Shown here: piece after piece, positions 52,070 to 62,800 of the stretch | Layout of the letters: every line of letters begins with the position of its first letter | Position numbering within the stretch: position 1 is the stretch's first letter | Origin: Gammaproteobacteria bacterium | GTDB lineage: Bacteria; Pseudomonadota; Gammaproteobacteria; Eutrophobiales; Eutrophobiaceae | NCBI GenBank assembly: GCA_965222155.1 | Contig: CBDCTH010000012.1 | Location: 2,368,001 to 2,432,000, forward strand | Direction: 5' to 3' | Length of the DNA stretch: 64,000 nucleotides | Made by a program: the position numbers and the translations under genes | The notes under the pieces: model-generated | The model's input: the letters and a program-made list of their open reading frames with translations, nothing else | What the model was told of the DNA's origin: nothing | Database searches by the model: none

Positions 52070-52291
52070 ATGCCGACACGCAGAACCACGTATAAATACC
52101 ATTTTAAGACAGGTAATAAAATCGTTCATACTGGTACTACCAACGACATTGACCGGCGTGAACTGGAACATCAGCAGAAACCCGGTTGGGAAGATGGGCA
52201 CATTTTTCAAGTTGGCTTCCGCACTACCCGTGAGGCGGCTTTAGCGTGGGAAAATGAACAGCGTCGGAAAGGCAAACCTACAGGACCCTAG
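52070..52291 (+). CDS. Minimal GIY-YIG-like nuclease (73 aa)
   Basis: YKY..HTGTTND..RR..EH and AL.WE motif; GGAGG RBS. Confidence 0.65.
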   Translation: MPTRRTTYKYHFKTGNKIVHTGTTNDIDRRELEHQQKPGWEDGHIFQVGFRTTREAALAWENEQRRKGKPTGP

Positions 52292-52360
52292 CCCGGTTTC
52301 AAACCGAGCAGGAATGCCGGAATTAAACCACTTGTTGCGCTTATGACGTGAAGTTACCTC

Positions 52361-52519
52361 TCATCTTACTTCTTCAAACTGGTTTATTTTAACTTTCCCG
52401 TCAGGGAACGTTGCGGTGATCTCCAACTGCCCTCCCATTGCCTCGATATAGTTGCGCAGGGTCTGTATGTACATATCTGTACGACGCTCCAGCTTTGAAA
52501 CACTGGCCTGTTTTATTCC
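52361..52519 (-). pseudogene. C-terminal fragment of XRE/HigA-like antitoxin
   Basis: GIKQASVSKLERRTDMYIQTLRNYIEAMGGQLEITATFPDG; no start. Confidence 0.82.
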
Positions 52520-52700
52520 TGTTGAAGGCTACTCTTTAACAGTTAAAGCTTATGCTCGTATTGCAGAACTTGAGGGGACATACACAGAGTCATCGCAAGC
52601 TTTTGCAGCCATGTGGTTTCACGACTCCATTGCCTGCGTATGGGAAGAAGGAATCAAACCTGGGATCGAGGATGCAAGATATCTACCAGTCCGATATCGG
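52520..52700 (+). pseudogene. Fragment of nucleoside 2-deoxyribosyltransferase/TIR-like protein
   Basis: LTVKAYARIAEL..SSQAFAAMWF..GIKPGIEDARY resembles the FVAMWF..GIKPAI motif. Confidence 0.55.
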
Positions 52701-52727
52701 CTGCACGTTGCCCGATATCGATGAAAT

Positions 52728-52842
52728 ACACACGTTCGTAGAAATTTATCAGGTATTAGTACATTCAATTAAAAAATTACATGTACGTGTAATATTTGTT
52801 TGGAAATCAACGTATTCATGATAATATTACACGAACGTACAT
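52728..52842. promoter_or_regulatory. Three imperfect palindromic operators upstream of hipB
   Basis: ACACACGTTCGTAGAA (52728), TTACATGTACGTGTAA (52777), TTACACGAACGTACAT (52827). Confidence 0.6.
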
Positions 52843-52857
52843 ATTATGGGGATTGAT

Positions 52858-53129
52858 ATGGCAGAAAATTCGCCTGAATTACAACAGATACGAACATCTG
52901 TTGAACTTGGCCTAGCAGTCCGCCGACACCGAAAAGCCCGCCACTTGACACAAGATAAAGTTGCTGGTTTAACTAATGTCAGTGTCGGCTTTCTCTCCGA
53001 CTTTGAAAACGGCAAGCCTTCAACCGAGGTCGGTAAGATCCTGGACACGCTGAATACGCTACGCTGGGCCTGGACGTGTATGTGGCGCCGCGAGGCCTCC
53101 TATCCCGAACATTGAAAGATAAAACATGA
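52858..53129 (+). pseudogene. hipB: HipB-like HTH antitoxin, frameshifted by 5-bp duplication
   Basis: ELG..VR..RK...LTQ..VA....VS..FLS..ENGKP; ACGCT duplicated at 53056-53065. Confidence 0.85.
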
Positions 53130-54397
53130 CCGATCCCGATACTCTAAACGTATGGTATGAAGATCGATTGGTTGGTACCCTCCGGCGAAACGCAACGAAT
53201 CAGGTTGGCTTTCAATATTGCAACGAGTGGCTAACCAGCCGTAACGGGTTCGCCATCTCCATATCGTTACCGCTAAGCCCTGATCCTTATCGGCCGGAAG
53301 ACGCCCTGGCCCAGCGTTTCTTTGCCAACCTGCTGCCCGAGGGTCGGGTAAGAGAAAACATTGTGCGGGACCTGAAAATACCGGACTCGGATTTTGACCT
53401 GTTACGGGCGATCGGAGGAGAGTGTGCCGGGGCATTGTCAATCCTGCCTGATGATTGCGCACCCGTCGTTGAGATGACATATCAGGAAATGACGACAGAG
53501 GCGTTCCGGGACCTGGTACTCCGTAAGGGACAAATTTATGCCGGCCCCCATGCCGGAGCGACAGCGCATCAATTACCCCGTCTTTCCCTGGCCGGCACCC
53601 AGGAAAAGTGTCCGGTGCTGCTCCGCGAGGGCCAATTCTTTCTACCGCAGGGAGAGGCTCCATCAAGCCACATCCTCAAATTTGCCATAACGGACTATCG
53701 GCATGTACCCGCGTATGAGACCGTATTAACCGATTTGGCCCGGCGCATCGGTTTGCATACGGCTGTTGTCGAGTTTCACTACCTGCGAGTTGATAAACAT
53801 GCGCACGATTACCTGGTGATTGAGCGATATGATCGCGAGGTCACGGCTAGCGGCGACGTACGCCGGTTGCACCAGGAAGATTTCTGCCAGGCATTGGGAG
53901 TTGGCAGGGAACGCAAATACGAGGCTGGCGGCGGCGTTAGTTTCACCGACTGTTTCCGGTTGCTTCGAGAGGTATCTTCCGAACCAGCGCTGGATACCGA
54001 GCAATTGCTCCGCTGGCAGATCTTTAACTATCTTGCCGGCAACTCCGATGGCCACGCCAAGAACCTGTCACTGCTCCACCATGAGGATAATACCATCCGA
54101 CTGGCCCCTTTCTACGATCTGGTCTGTACACGGGCCATCGAGCGAATTGACCAGAAACTCGCCTTGGCAGTGGGCGGAGAACACATGCCGGGGAACATCC
54201 AACCGGTTCATTGGCAAAAGCAGGCTGCAACACTCAACATCAGGCCCAGCTACCTGCAAACTCTGGTTATTGAAACAGCGGAGCGGGTCGGTCAAGAGAT
54301 TGAACCCGCGGTTGAGGCATTCCAACAAAAACACGGTGACTATCCCGCTCTCCAGCGTGTACTACAGGCGGTTGAACGGCAATGCCGGAAATCGTAA
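53126..54397 (+). CDS. hipA: HipA kinase toxin with N-terminal HipA_N domain
   Basis: ISISLPL, FFANLLPEG, IGGECAGAL, LSLAGTQEK, SHILK, RLHQEDFCQALG, GNSDGHAKN, LAPFYDL. Confidence 0.95.
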   Translation: MTDPDTLNVWYEDRLVGTLRRNATNQVGFQYCNEWLTSRNGFAISISLPLSPDPYRPEDALAQRFFANLLPEGRVRENIVRDLKIPDSDFDLLRAIGGECAGALSILPDDCAPVVEMTYQEMTTEAFRDLVLRKGQIYAGPHAGATAHQLPRLSLAGTQEKCPVLLREGQFFLPQGEAPSSHILKFAITDYRHVPAYETVLTDLARRIGLHTAVVEFHYLRVDKHAHDYLVIERYDREVTASGDVRRLHQEDFCQALGVGRERKYEAGGGVSFTDCFRLLREVSSEPALDTEQLLRWQIFNYLAGNSDGHAKNLSLLHHEDNTIRLAPFYDLVCTRAIERIDQKLALAVGGEHMPGNIQPVHWQKQAATLNIRPSYLQTLVIETAERVGQEIEPAVEAFQQKHGDYPALQRVLQAVERQCRKS

Positions 54398-54503
54398 CAC
54401 TTTACAGATAAAGTTGTTGCTGTTCGACATCTGACGAGGCAACAGCTCAGCCATTGAGAAACGTTAGATGCTCCTGTTGTTCTATCTCTGTCCATGACAA
54501 ACG

Positions 54504-56843
54504 CTATTGACCATCCGCATTTTCGACGAAATAGCCAAGATTTTCGTAGCCCCGAAGGCGCTTTTCGCTCATACGCCTGAGTATGGGAACAGCCTTATCT
54601 ACATAATCGTAAACACGCACCTCCTGTTTCTCCGGGTGCGGTCGATGAAGACGGCCGACATATTGCGTCAGTATTCCCTTCCAGGAGATTGGCATCGCCA
54701 GAAACAGCGTATCAAGGCGGGCGTCGTCAAAACCTTCGCCGATATAGCGGCCTGTCGCAATCAATAGCCTCTCTTCAGTTTCGGGTATTTCTTCAAGCCG
54801 CTGCATCATCTCGCGACGTTGCCTTATACCCATACCGCCGTGAAGCAGGAGAACGTTGCGAGCGAAACGGCTGAGTCTCTCGGCAAACCAGAGCGCATGG
54901 TCTTTGCGTTCGGTGATGATGACAGGCGAGCGTTGCGCGTCCAGCGCCTTCAATACATCATCGAAAATCAGCGTGTTGCGTTTCTCGTCCGTGGCCAGAG
55001 CCGCGTAAATTCGTTGCATAGGAAAATGCTTTTCCTCAATTTCTGTCGTAATCTGGAAATCAGTTGGGCGCAGGACCACGCAGTGTCTGAACGAGCGCTG
55101 GCGGGCCTGAGCCTTTGCGGTAGTCCGAAATCGGACCGGGCCGCATTGCATGAAGATGATCGGATGGTGTCCATCCTGGCGGGTAACAGTCGCGGACAGT
55201 CCCAGCACATATTTCGCCTGCGCGTGGCGGGTTACGGCTTCAAAACTGACGGCGGATATATGGTGGCATTCATCGACCACCAACTGACCGTAATCGGCAA
55301 GAATATTGTCCACCTTGCCTCTTCGTACCAGGCTCTGAATAACAGCGACATCGACAATGCCACTGAGCTTGCGTTTGCCGCTGCCAACCTGCCCGATTGA
55401 GGAAGCGGGAAGGTCGAGGAACGCGCTGAGCCGAGCGACCCATTGTTCCATGAGTTGACGGCGGTGTACCAGGATGAGTGTGCTGGTCTTGCGAGCGGCA
55501 ATAATGAAGGCGGCGACAACAGTTTTGCCAAACGCAGTGGTTGCTGCCAGCACCCCGGTTTCATGTGCCAGAAGGGCATCGGCAGCCGCCTGCTGCTGCC
55601 ATGTCAGTTCACCGATAAAGGCTGTCTTGACGCTGTGGCCGGTCTGCCGCTCATCGCGCATCCGCACACGAATATCTAATTCCTTGAACAATTGCTCCAT
55701 TTCTTCGCGGCTGCCGCGCGGCAAGGCAATGTGGTGCGACAGCAGTTCTGCGCAAGCGATGATGCGGGGAATGCCAAACGTTGAAAGCCGCATTGCCTGG
55801 GTACGGTAAAAGGCTGGATTCTGGAAAGCCGCAAGCCGGATGAGTCGGTTTATCAAACCTGGAGGCAACTCGGCGCGCGGAATGTAAATCTGATTGCCTA
55901 GAACCACCTCCAGACTCTTGGGCAGTGGGCCTGAAATCCCGGTTACAAGTTTGGGTCCAAAAGGTGGCACGCCCCAGGGTTCCTCATGCTCCTCATCAAG
56001 CGGCCGGCGCAGGTCAATTACCTGAGCTTGCCGATCTGCGGCTTCGACGGCTGCCATTGCTTGCGCCAAGGTCAGGCGGGGTAGTGCCGAGAGAAACGCC
56101 CATTGATCTCGATAGGGCTCGAAACTTTCACCAAGAAAGACACTATTATCATTTTGACGTGGGCCATGTTGCAAGGGCAACGCGATGAGGTTGCCGAAAC
56201 CGCCGACCGGTATGGTATCCTGGCTTGGGAAAAGCCGGTCGTAGGACTCAAAGCCGATGTCGGGATTGCGCTTCATGGTCTCAGTTAACAGATGAGCGCC
56301 AAGGCGTCGAGCAAGCGCCACGGGCAGCGGCCCTGCGAAGAATATCCACACGTGGCCGCCATTGCCGGAGCGCGATCTCTCAAGGGCTGATGGTATCTGT
56401 TTTGACCGGCAGGTCGACAGAAAGGCTTCCGCGTCCCGTTGCCATGTCTGTTTATCGAAATCGGCAGCAAGAAACCAGCAGGTACCGTCTGTAAGCATGG
56501 GATAGACGCCTATCGTTTGACGTCCGCGCAAATGCCCGTCGACCACCTCGTCGGTTATTCTCAGGAAATCTTGATTCGGGCACACACCGCATTTAACCTT
56601 GGGCTTGCCGCATATGCCGGATATCCACTCATTGCCACAGGCCGGCGCATAACCAGCGCTGCCTGTCCTGACATTTTGCCATCGTTTCGGGAATACATCC
56701 TCACGGCCGAGGAACAGAGAACGAAACAGGGCGATCTTTTCACTTACACTGGAAAGGTTTGTAACAAGCTCTTTGGTATGTGGTTTGTCATTTGCGGTGT
56801 TATCCGCATCTCCGGCGTTGGTTAACGCCTTGTTCTGGTGCAT
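54504..56843 (-). CDS. AEP-primase-like (TOTE-type) domain fused to SF2 DEAD/DEAH helicase
   Basis: LFRSLF.GREDV, GVYPML...FLAADFD, ERSRSGNGGHVW, GNLIALPLQ; TAFGKT, DECHH, SAT, GEGFD, QYVGRLHR. Confidence 0.88.
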   Translation of the reverse strand: MHQNKALTNAGDADNTANDKPHTKELVTNLSSVSEKIALFRSLFLGREDVFPKRWQNVRTGSAGYAPACGNEWISGICGKPKVKCGVCPNQDFLRITDEVVDGHLRGRQTIGVYPMLTDGTCWFLAADFDKQTWQRDAEAFLSTCRSKQIPSALERSRSGNGGHVWIFFAGPLPVALARRLGAHLLTETMKRNPDIGFESYDRLFPSQDTIPVGGFGNLIALPLQHGPRQNDNSVFLGESFEPYRDQWAFLSALPRLTLAQAMAAVEAADRQAQVIDLRRPLDEEHEEPWGVPPFGPKLVTGISGPLPKSLEVVLGNQIYIPRAELPPGLINRLIRLAAFQNPAFYRTQAMRLSTFGIPRIIACAELLSHHIALPRGSREEMEQLFKELDIRVRMRDERQTGHSVKTAFIGELTWQQQAAADALLAHETGVLAATTAFGKTVVAAFIIAARKTSTLILVHRRQLMEQWVARLSAFLDLPASSIGQVGSGKRKLSGIVDVAVIQSLVRRGKVDNILADYGQLVVDECHHISAVSFEAVTRHAQAKYVLGLSATVTRQDGHHPIIFMQCGPVRFRTTAKAQARQRSFRHCVVLRPTDFQITTEIEEKHFPMQRIYAALATDEKRNTLIFDDVLKALDAQRSPVIITERKDHALWFAERLSRFARNVLLLHGGMGIRQRREMMQRLEEIPETEERLLIATGRYIGEGFDDARLDTLFLAMPISWKGILTQYVGRLHRPHPEKQEVRVYDYVDKAVPILRRMSEKRLRGYENLGYFVENADGQ

Positions 56844-57042
56844 ACTACGACTGCGGTAGCGGGACCGAGGACGCTGTTATTTCGGTACCTGTTGAGTCCG
56901 ACCCCAAACTGTTCCCGGTCAACGGCTTCGAGCCCCGCCATGTACCCGGTAGCGCCGAGGACGCACAGCAAAATGAATCCTTTCCTCAACGTTCAAGTAA
57001 TAAACTATACGTTCTTTCATCACCTGATTTGAATTCATAAAA

Positions 57043-58203
57043 TTAATAATTCCCATTTATGATAGCAGGATAGAGACCGCTATAATGAGATCCCCCCAGG
57101 AACTCCTGCGCCGGTTCTATCCGTTCACCGGTAGGAAAAGATTTGCTCTGCGTGAGATCGCCGACAACTTGTACGCGTTTCAGCGGTTCCGTTGCCAGGA
57201 ATTTTTTAAAGTTGCGGCTCAGTCCGGCGTCTTTCCACTTGACTTCAATGAGTTGATGAGGCTGTTTTTCCCGGGTGATAAGAAAATCGATTTCGTGGCC
57301 GTCCTTGGTTCTGAGGAACTGTAAATCAAGGTCGGCGCCGTCCACGTCCTGTGCCCGTTGTATTTCTTTCAGCAGGGCGCAGGCTACCAGGTTCTCCAGC
57401 CTGGTTCCCTCGTTTCCCTGCACCATGCCGTTGTCATAGAAATAATACTTGGGTTCCTTGAGGAGGGCGCGCGCGATGTTCTTGTGGTAAGGGACCAGCT
57501 TGAATATCACGTACAGATCTCCGAGCAGCTTCAGCCAATGGCTGATTGTATTCGGGCTTTTTTGCAGGTCACGGGCAAGTGAGTTAGCGGAAACGGGACT
57601 GCCTACTCGAGCGCGCAACAATTCAATCAGGGTCTCTATGGATTGAATGTCTCTGACTGGCGTCAGTGTCAGGAGATCCTCTTTCAGGATGAGGTCGATA
57701 TGCGAACGTTTCCAGCGATTATAGTAGCCTTGAGTCCCCTTCAAAAAAGGTTCCGGAAATCCACCCACTGTCATCAGGCGGGTAAATATCTCATCTCTAC
57801 TCAAACCAGAGAACGCTAGCGCTTCCTTGAAATCCAGCGGGTGCAACCGATACTGAAACTGTCTGCCAGCCAGTGAATCGCCCGCCTTGCGGAAAGCCTC
57901 AAGTCTGGCGCTGCCGGTGACCAATAGGGCCGGTGGCATACCTTCAACGTCATAGATGCCTTTCAGCCAGGCCTTCCATTGCTCCATTTTGTGCAGCTCA
58001 TCGAAAATTACCAGTGCCTTTTGCCGGTCCCAGCTTTTTTCCCTGAGCAGTAAACGGTGTTCCGCAAAATCATAATTGATGTACTGGTAGTCGGGATGCA
58101 ACATCCTGGACAAGGTGGTCTTGCCGCACTGGCGCGGCCCGCTGAGTAGCAGTATTTTTTTGCCCAGGTCTTCTGAGAGTGCGGGTATAAGGTATCTTTC
58201 CAC
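57043..58203 (-). CDS. AAA_14 ATPase with DUF4143 (PD-(D/E)XK) C-terminus
   Basis: GPRQCGKTT, FDE, TGSA, LAGR, GGFPE, KYYFYDNG, EIDF..IEVK. Confidence 0.92.
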   Translation of the reverse strand: MERYLIPALSEDLGKKILLLSGPRQCGKTTLSRMLHPDYQYINYDFAEHRLLLREKSWDRQKALVIFDELHKMEQWKAWLKGIYDVEGMPPALLVTGSARLEAFRKAGDSLAGRQFQYRLHPLDFKEALAFSGLSRDEIFTRLMTVGGFPEPFLKGTQGYYNRWKRSHIDLILKEDLLTLTPVRDIQSIETLIELLRARVGSPVSANSLARDLQKSPNTISHWLKLLGDLYVIFKLVPYHKNIARALLKEPKYYFYDNGMVQGNEGTRLENLVACALLKEIQRAQDVDGADLDLQFLRTKDGHEIDFLITREKQPHQLIEVKWKDAGLSRNFKKFLATEPLKRVQVVGDLTQSKSFPTGERIEPAQEFLGGSHYSGLYPAIINGNY

Positions 58204-58235
58204 GGTAAACGACGCGTTTGAAAAACGCTGTCATA

Positions 58236-58285
58236 TTTTCACCAAACTGACAAAACGTCAAGGCTTTTTGTCAGTTTGGTGAAAA
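58236..58285. promoter_or_regulatory. Perfect 20-bp inverted repeat (metK terminator and/or operator of AAA gene)
   Basis: TTTTCACCAAACTGACAAAA-10 nt-TTTTGTCAGTTTGGTGAAAA. Confidence 0.7.
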
Positions 58286-58320
58286 AAAGTCGGAATTATC
58301 GAAAAACCGTTTCAGCTACG

Positions 58321-59481
58321 CTACTGACCGGCAGCGTTCAGTAACTGCTCTACCTTATCCGTTTTTTCCCAGGTGAAATCCGCTTCCTCACGACCGAAAT
58401 GGCCGTAGGCTGCGGTTTGTTTGAAGATAGGCCTTAACAGGTCCAGTTCCCGGATGATGGCTTTGGGGCGTAAATCAAAGATATCCTGCACCACGGCTTC
58501 GAGTCGGGTTTCCGGGATAACACCCGTGCCGAAAGTGTCGACCATCAGGCTGACCGGCCTGGCGATGCCGATGGCATAAGCTACCTGGATCTCACATCTG
58601 TCGGCCAGGCCGGCGGCGACGATATGTTTGGCGACGTAACGCGCCGCGTACGCCGCCGAACGGTCGACCTTCGACGGGTCCTTGCCGGAAAAAGCGCCGC
58701 CTCCATGGTGGGCGATGCCGCCGTAGGTGTCCACGATGATCTTCCTGCCGGTGAGACCGGTATCGCCTACGGGACCGCCAATGACAAAGCGACCGGTGGG
58801 GTTGACCAGATAGCGGGTTTTAGCGGAGAGCATATCAGCGGGTAGGACTGGTTTGATGATTTCCTCAATAACGGCTTCGGTGACGTCGGCATGACTGACG
58901 TCGGCATCATGCTGGGTTGACAGAATGATCGTATCGACCGCAACCGGCCTGCCGTCTTCATACTGGACGCTGACCTGTGATTTTGCATCGGGCCGTAACC
59001 AGGGCAGTTTCCCGGATTTCCTTACTTCGGCCTGTTTTTTCACCAGGCGGTGAGAGCAGGTAATGGGGAACGGCATCAACACACCGGTCTCATTGCAGGC
59101 ATAGCCGAACACGATGCCCTGGTCGCCGGCACCCTGGTCCAAATCAATACCCTCCCCCTCATTCACTCCCTGGGCGATATCCGGCGATTGTTTATCCAGT
59201 GACATCAGCACCGCACAACCGTTCGCGTCAAACCCCATCTCCGACGAGTCATAACCGATCTCCCTGATGGTCTGCCTGACCACCTCAGGATAGTCGATGG
59301 TCGCATGCGATGTGATCTCACCGGACAGCAGCACCAGCCCTGTTGTAACCAGCGTTTCACAGGCAACCCGCGAACTGCTGTCCTGTTCCAGCAACGCATC
59401 AAGGATTGCATCGGATACCTGGTCGGCGACCTTGTCCGGATGGCCTTCCGACACCGATTCCGAGGTAAACAGGTAATTCAT
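58321..59481 (-). CDS. metK: S-adenosylmethionine synthetase
   Basis: [49 protein letters not shown]. Confidence 0.99.
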   Translation of the reverse strand: MNYLFTSESVSEGHPDKVADQVSDAILDALLEQDSSSRVACETLVTTGLVLLSGEITSHATIDYPEVVRQTIREIGYDSSEMGFDANGCAVLMSLDKQSPDIAQGVNEGEGIDLDQGAGDQGIVFGYACNETGVLMPFPITCSHRLVKKQAEVRKSGKLPWLRPDAKSQVSVQYEDGRPVAVDTIILSTQHDADVSHADVTEAVIEEIIKPVLPADMLSAKTRYLVNPTGRFVIGGPVGDTGLTGRKIIVDTYGGIAHHGGGAFSGKDPSKVDRSAAYAARYVAKHIVAAGLADRCEIQVAYAIGIARPVSLMVDTFGTGVIPETRLEAVVQDIFDLRPKAIIRELDLLRPIFKQTAAYGHFGREEADFTWEKTDKVEQLLNAAGQ

Positions 59482-59887
59482 ACACAGGGATCCAGATTGA
59501 TTGAACGGCCATTCTAACCAGTTCTCCAGGAATTTTATAGCTGTTTCGGATTGGACCCGTGTGAGAGTCATATCTATCCTGTTTTGCTACACCGCTCTTA
59601 TAGATATTCAATAGATATAACAGGAAAACATCTTAATCATCGGCTATGGAATATCGCCATATTTTCTGTTAGGGTAGATTCGTAATTCGTCGTTTGCTTG
59701 CTCTGAACCATACTTTAATTAGAAAACACTGCTCACTCCCGGGGTCGAGGGCATCCTGCCCTCGTGGAGGGCGAGACGCCCTCCCTCCCAAGGAAACATG
59801 GTCAGAGTATGCCCGAATCCGGCAAGAATCACTGTATTGACCTCGATTTAGCAGAAGCACCTGTACCTGTGAAAATATCTGCCGGCC

Positions 59888-62800
59888 CTATCCCGCTTTC
59901 CTTGGACTGTAAGCCATAAACGTGCGATATAACAACGGGATGACGAACAGCGTCAGGAACGTTGAAAACACCAGTCCCCATACGATCGCAGTTGCGACAG
60001 GCCCCCAGACAAGCGATTTGCCGGCGAGTCCGGTCGCGAGTGAGAGCAACCCTGCCACCGTGGTTGCCGAGGTGATGACGATAGGGACGACCCGCCTCCG
60101 GGCAGCATAGACCGTTGCGTGCAACAGACTCATGCCGTTTTCAAGACGGGAGTTCGCCGCGGATATCAGGACAATGGCAGCGTTGACTGAAATCCCTGTC
60201 AACGCCACCACACCGTACAAGGTAAACAGGCTCAGGGGATTCCCGGTCACCACCAGACCCAGGGTAACGCCGGTGAATGTCAGCGGCACGGTCACGAGCA
60301 CCATGAAAGGCTGGAAATAACTGCGGAACTGCGTCCCCAGAATGATATAGATGATACCCAGGCCAAGCATCAGAAGTAACCAGATAGCATCCAGGCTTTC
60401 CTGGATATCATCGAGTTCGCCGGTCTGGTCCAGGGATATCTCAGGATACCTGGCCTGCAGGGTGCGCCATTTTTCCGTGATGAGATTATTGGCCTGCAGG
60501 GTATTGATTTGATCCTTGTCTATATCGCTTTCCAGCGTAATGGCCCGGCGGAAGTTATAGTGCCGGATGTTTTGCCGGCCGATTCCCGGTGTACTGATCA
60601 GCAGTTCGCCCAGGGCGATGGAACGACCGTCCGGCAGGGAGATCGTCTGGCGCATCAGGTTATCCGTATTGATATGCCGGTTCTTTTTTGCCAGTACCCG
60701 GACTTTTACTTCTTCACCTTCATCCTGGAAGTCCGTCACGACCTCACCATCCACGTAAGCCTGCAATGCGCGCCCTATGATGGCGGGATTCAAGCCGGTC
60801 CTGTGTATAGCCTCTCCATCCAGGCGCAGCACCAGTTCCGGATTGCCGGGACGATAATCCAGGGTGATGTTTTTATAGACCTGTTGCTGTTCAAGAAAAT
60901 CGCGCAGATCATTGGCTGCCTGCAACATGGTGGGATAGTCACTGCCCAGTATCTTGGCGCTGATGGCCCTGCGCGCCGGCGGGCCTCCCTTCAGCTCCAG
61001 GATGGAAACCTCGACAGGCCCTGGTATGTTCCTGACGCGCTGCAGGACCGCATCGGCGATAACGGAAACATGGCGGCCAGCGCTGGCTTGCGGGTTCAAA
61101 CTGAACATAACCTGGCCCACGGTGTCGCCGAATAACGGCGCTGTCTCGGTAAACTGCTGACCTGCAAAACTGACGGAAGCACGCAGTTCACCCGGGAGAA
61201 ATTCCTTCAATGCCTGCGCTTCCGCGCTGATCAGGGCCCTGCTGGTTTCTTCCAGGGAGGTTCCCTGCGGCATCTCAAGGTTTACGTAAAACAGGCGCAG
61301 GGCATCGGATTCAAAGAAATCGAAGCGAATCCGGCCACTGGCCAGCGTGCCTGCCGCGAGGGAAAGAGTCAGCATTATGCAAACCAGGGTAATAATCGGA
61401 TGGCGCAGGGACTTGGCCAGTGCCTGTGTATAGCGCAGGCGCAGCCAGTAACTGAACGCTTCCCTTTTTCTACTTATGAATCCGAATTTTCTGAAGTTTA
61501 CTTTCAACGCCAGCACGTGAGCCGGCAGAATCCAGTAGGCTTCGAACAGGCTGACGATCAGGGCAATGGTTACCACCAACGGAATGACTTTCATAAACTC
61601 TCCGAGTATGCCGGGCAGCAACACCAGTGGCAGAAAGGCGGCGATAGTCGTCATAACCGAGGTAGTTACCGGGGCGAATACTTCCCTGAACGAATCGATA
61701 ATGGAAGCCATGGCTTCCGCGCCCCGTTGCAGGCGATAGTAAATGGCTTCAACGACAACCACGGCATCATCGACAATCATGCCCAGGACAATCACGACGG
61801 CAAGCAGCACAGTATTATTCATGGTAAAACCGCCGATGTTGATGATGAGAAAAGTGCCGGCAAGGGTAAAAGGGATACCGATGGTGGTCAGTAAGGATAT
61901 CCGGGTTCCCAGAAATAACCAGGTGACGAGCAGGACCAGGACGAGGCCGATAAGGGCGTTGGTTTGCATAATCTTGAGGGCTTCGCGGGTACTGACGGTC
62001 TGATCGTCCGCCAGAATAAGCTCTACACCGGTTGCGTCCTTGAAACGGTTACGGTTGTCAAGGTATTTGTTTACGATATCCACCAGTTCCAGCACGTTCG
62101 CGTCGGGGTTTTTGGTGACGGCAAGGAGTGTGGCGGGTTTGCCCTCATACGTCACAATCTCTCCTGCCTCTTCCCGGGTGCGCGTCAATTCTGCGATAGC
62201 CCCCAGGGGCACTACGCCGGAAGCGGTGATGATAGGAAAATCCCTCATTGCCGAAGGGTCGGGGCTGGTGCCTTGCAGGCGCACAATCCACTTGCCGTCT
62301 GAAGTCTCCAGATCACCGGCGGATATATCGCGGAAATAGGCACGGATGGTCTCGGAAATATCCGCAGGCGTCAGGCCCAGCCCTTCGAGGCGGTCGGAAA
62401 AAAATGCAACCTGCAACTCCGGGTCGGATATACCGATGTCATCTACCCGGTCCACGCCCTTGACCCGTTCCAGGTCTTTTTTTATGAAGCGGGTCTGACG
62501 CCTGAGATTTTCATCATCTCCCGCGCTGGTGACCACCACCATGGCGCTGGGAAACGCATTGGATGTATTGATCTCATAGACTAGCGGGTCTTCCGCATCT
62601 TGCGGCAACTCATCGGTGTAGGTATTCTGCACTTCCCGCCGCAGATCGATCATCCGCTTGTCAAACACCTCGTCATCAATCTGGTTGAAGCGCACCAGGA
62701 TATTGGAAATATTTTCCCGACTGGTGCTGTTCACGAATTTAATGTCCCTGACACTGCGCCGCAATGCGTCTTCGATGGGTGAAGTTACGCGTTTTTCCAC

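Noticed and set aside
59482-59700. SAM riboswitch or Met boxes upstream of metK
   Set aside because: No recognisable SAM riboswitch core or tandem AGACGTCT boxes.
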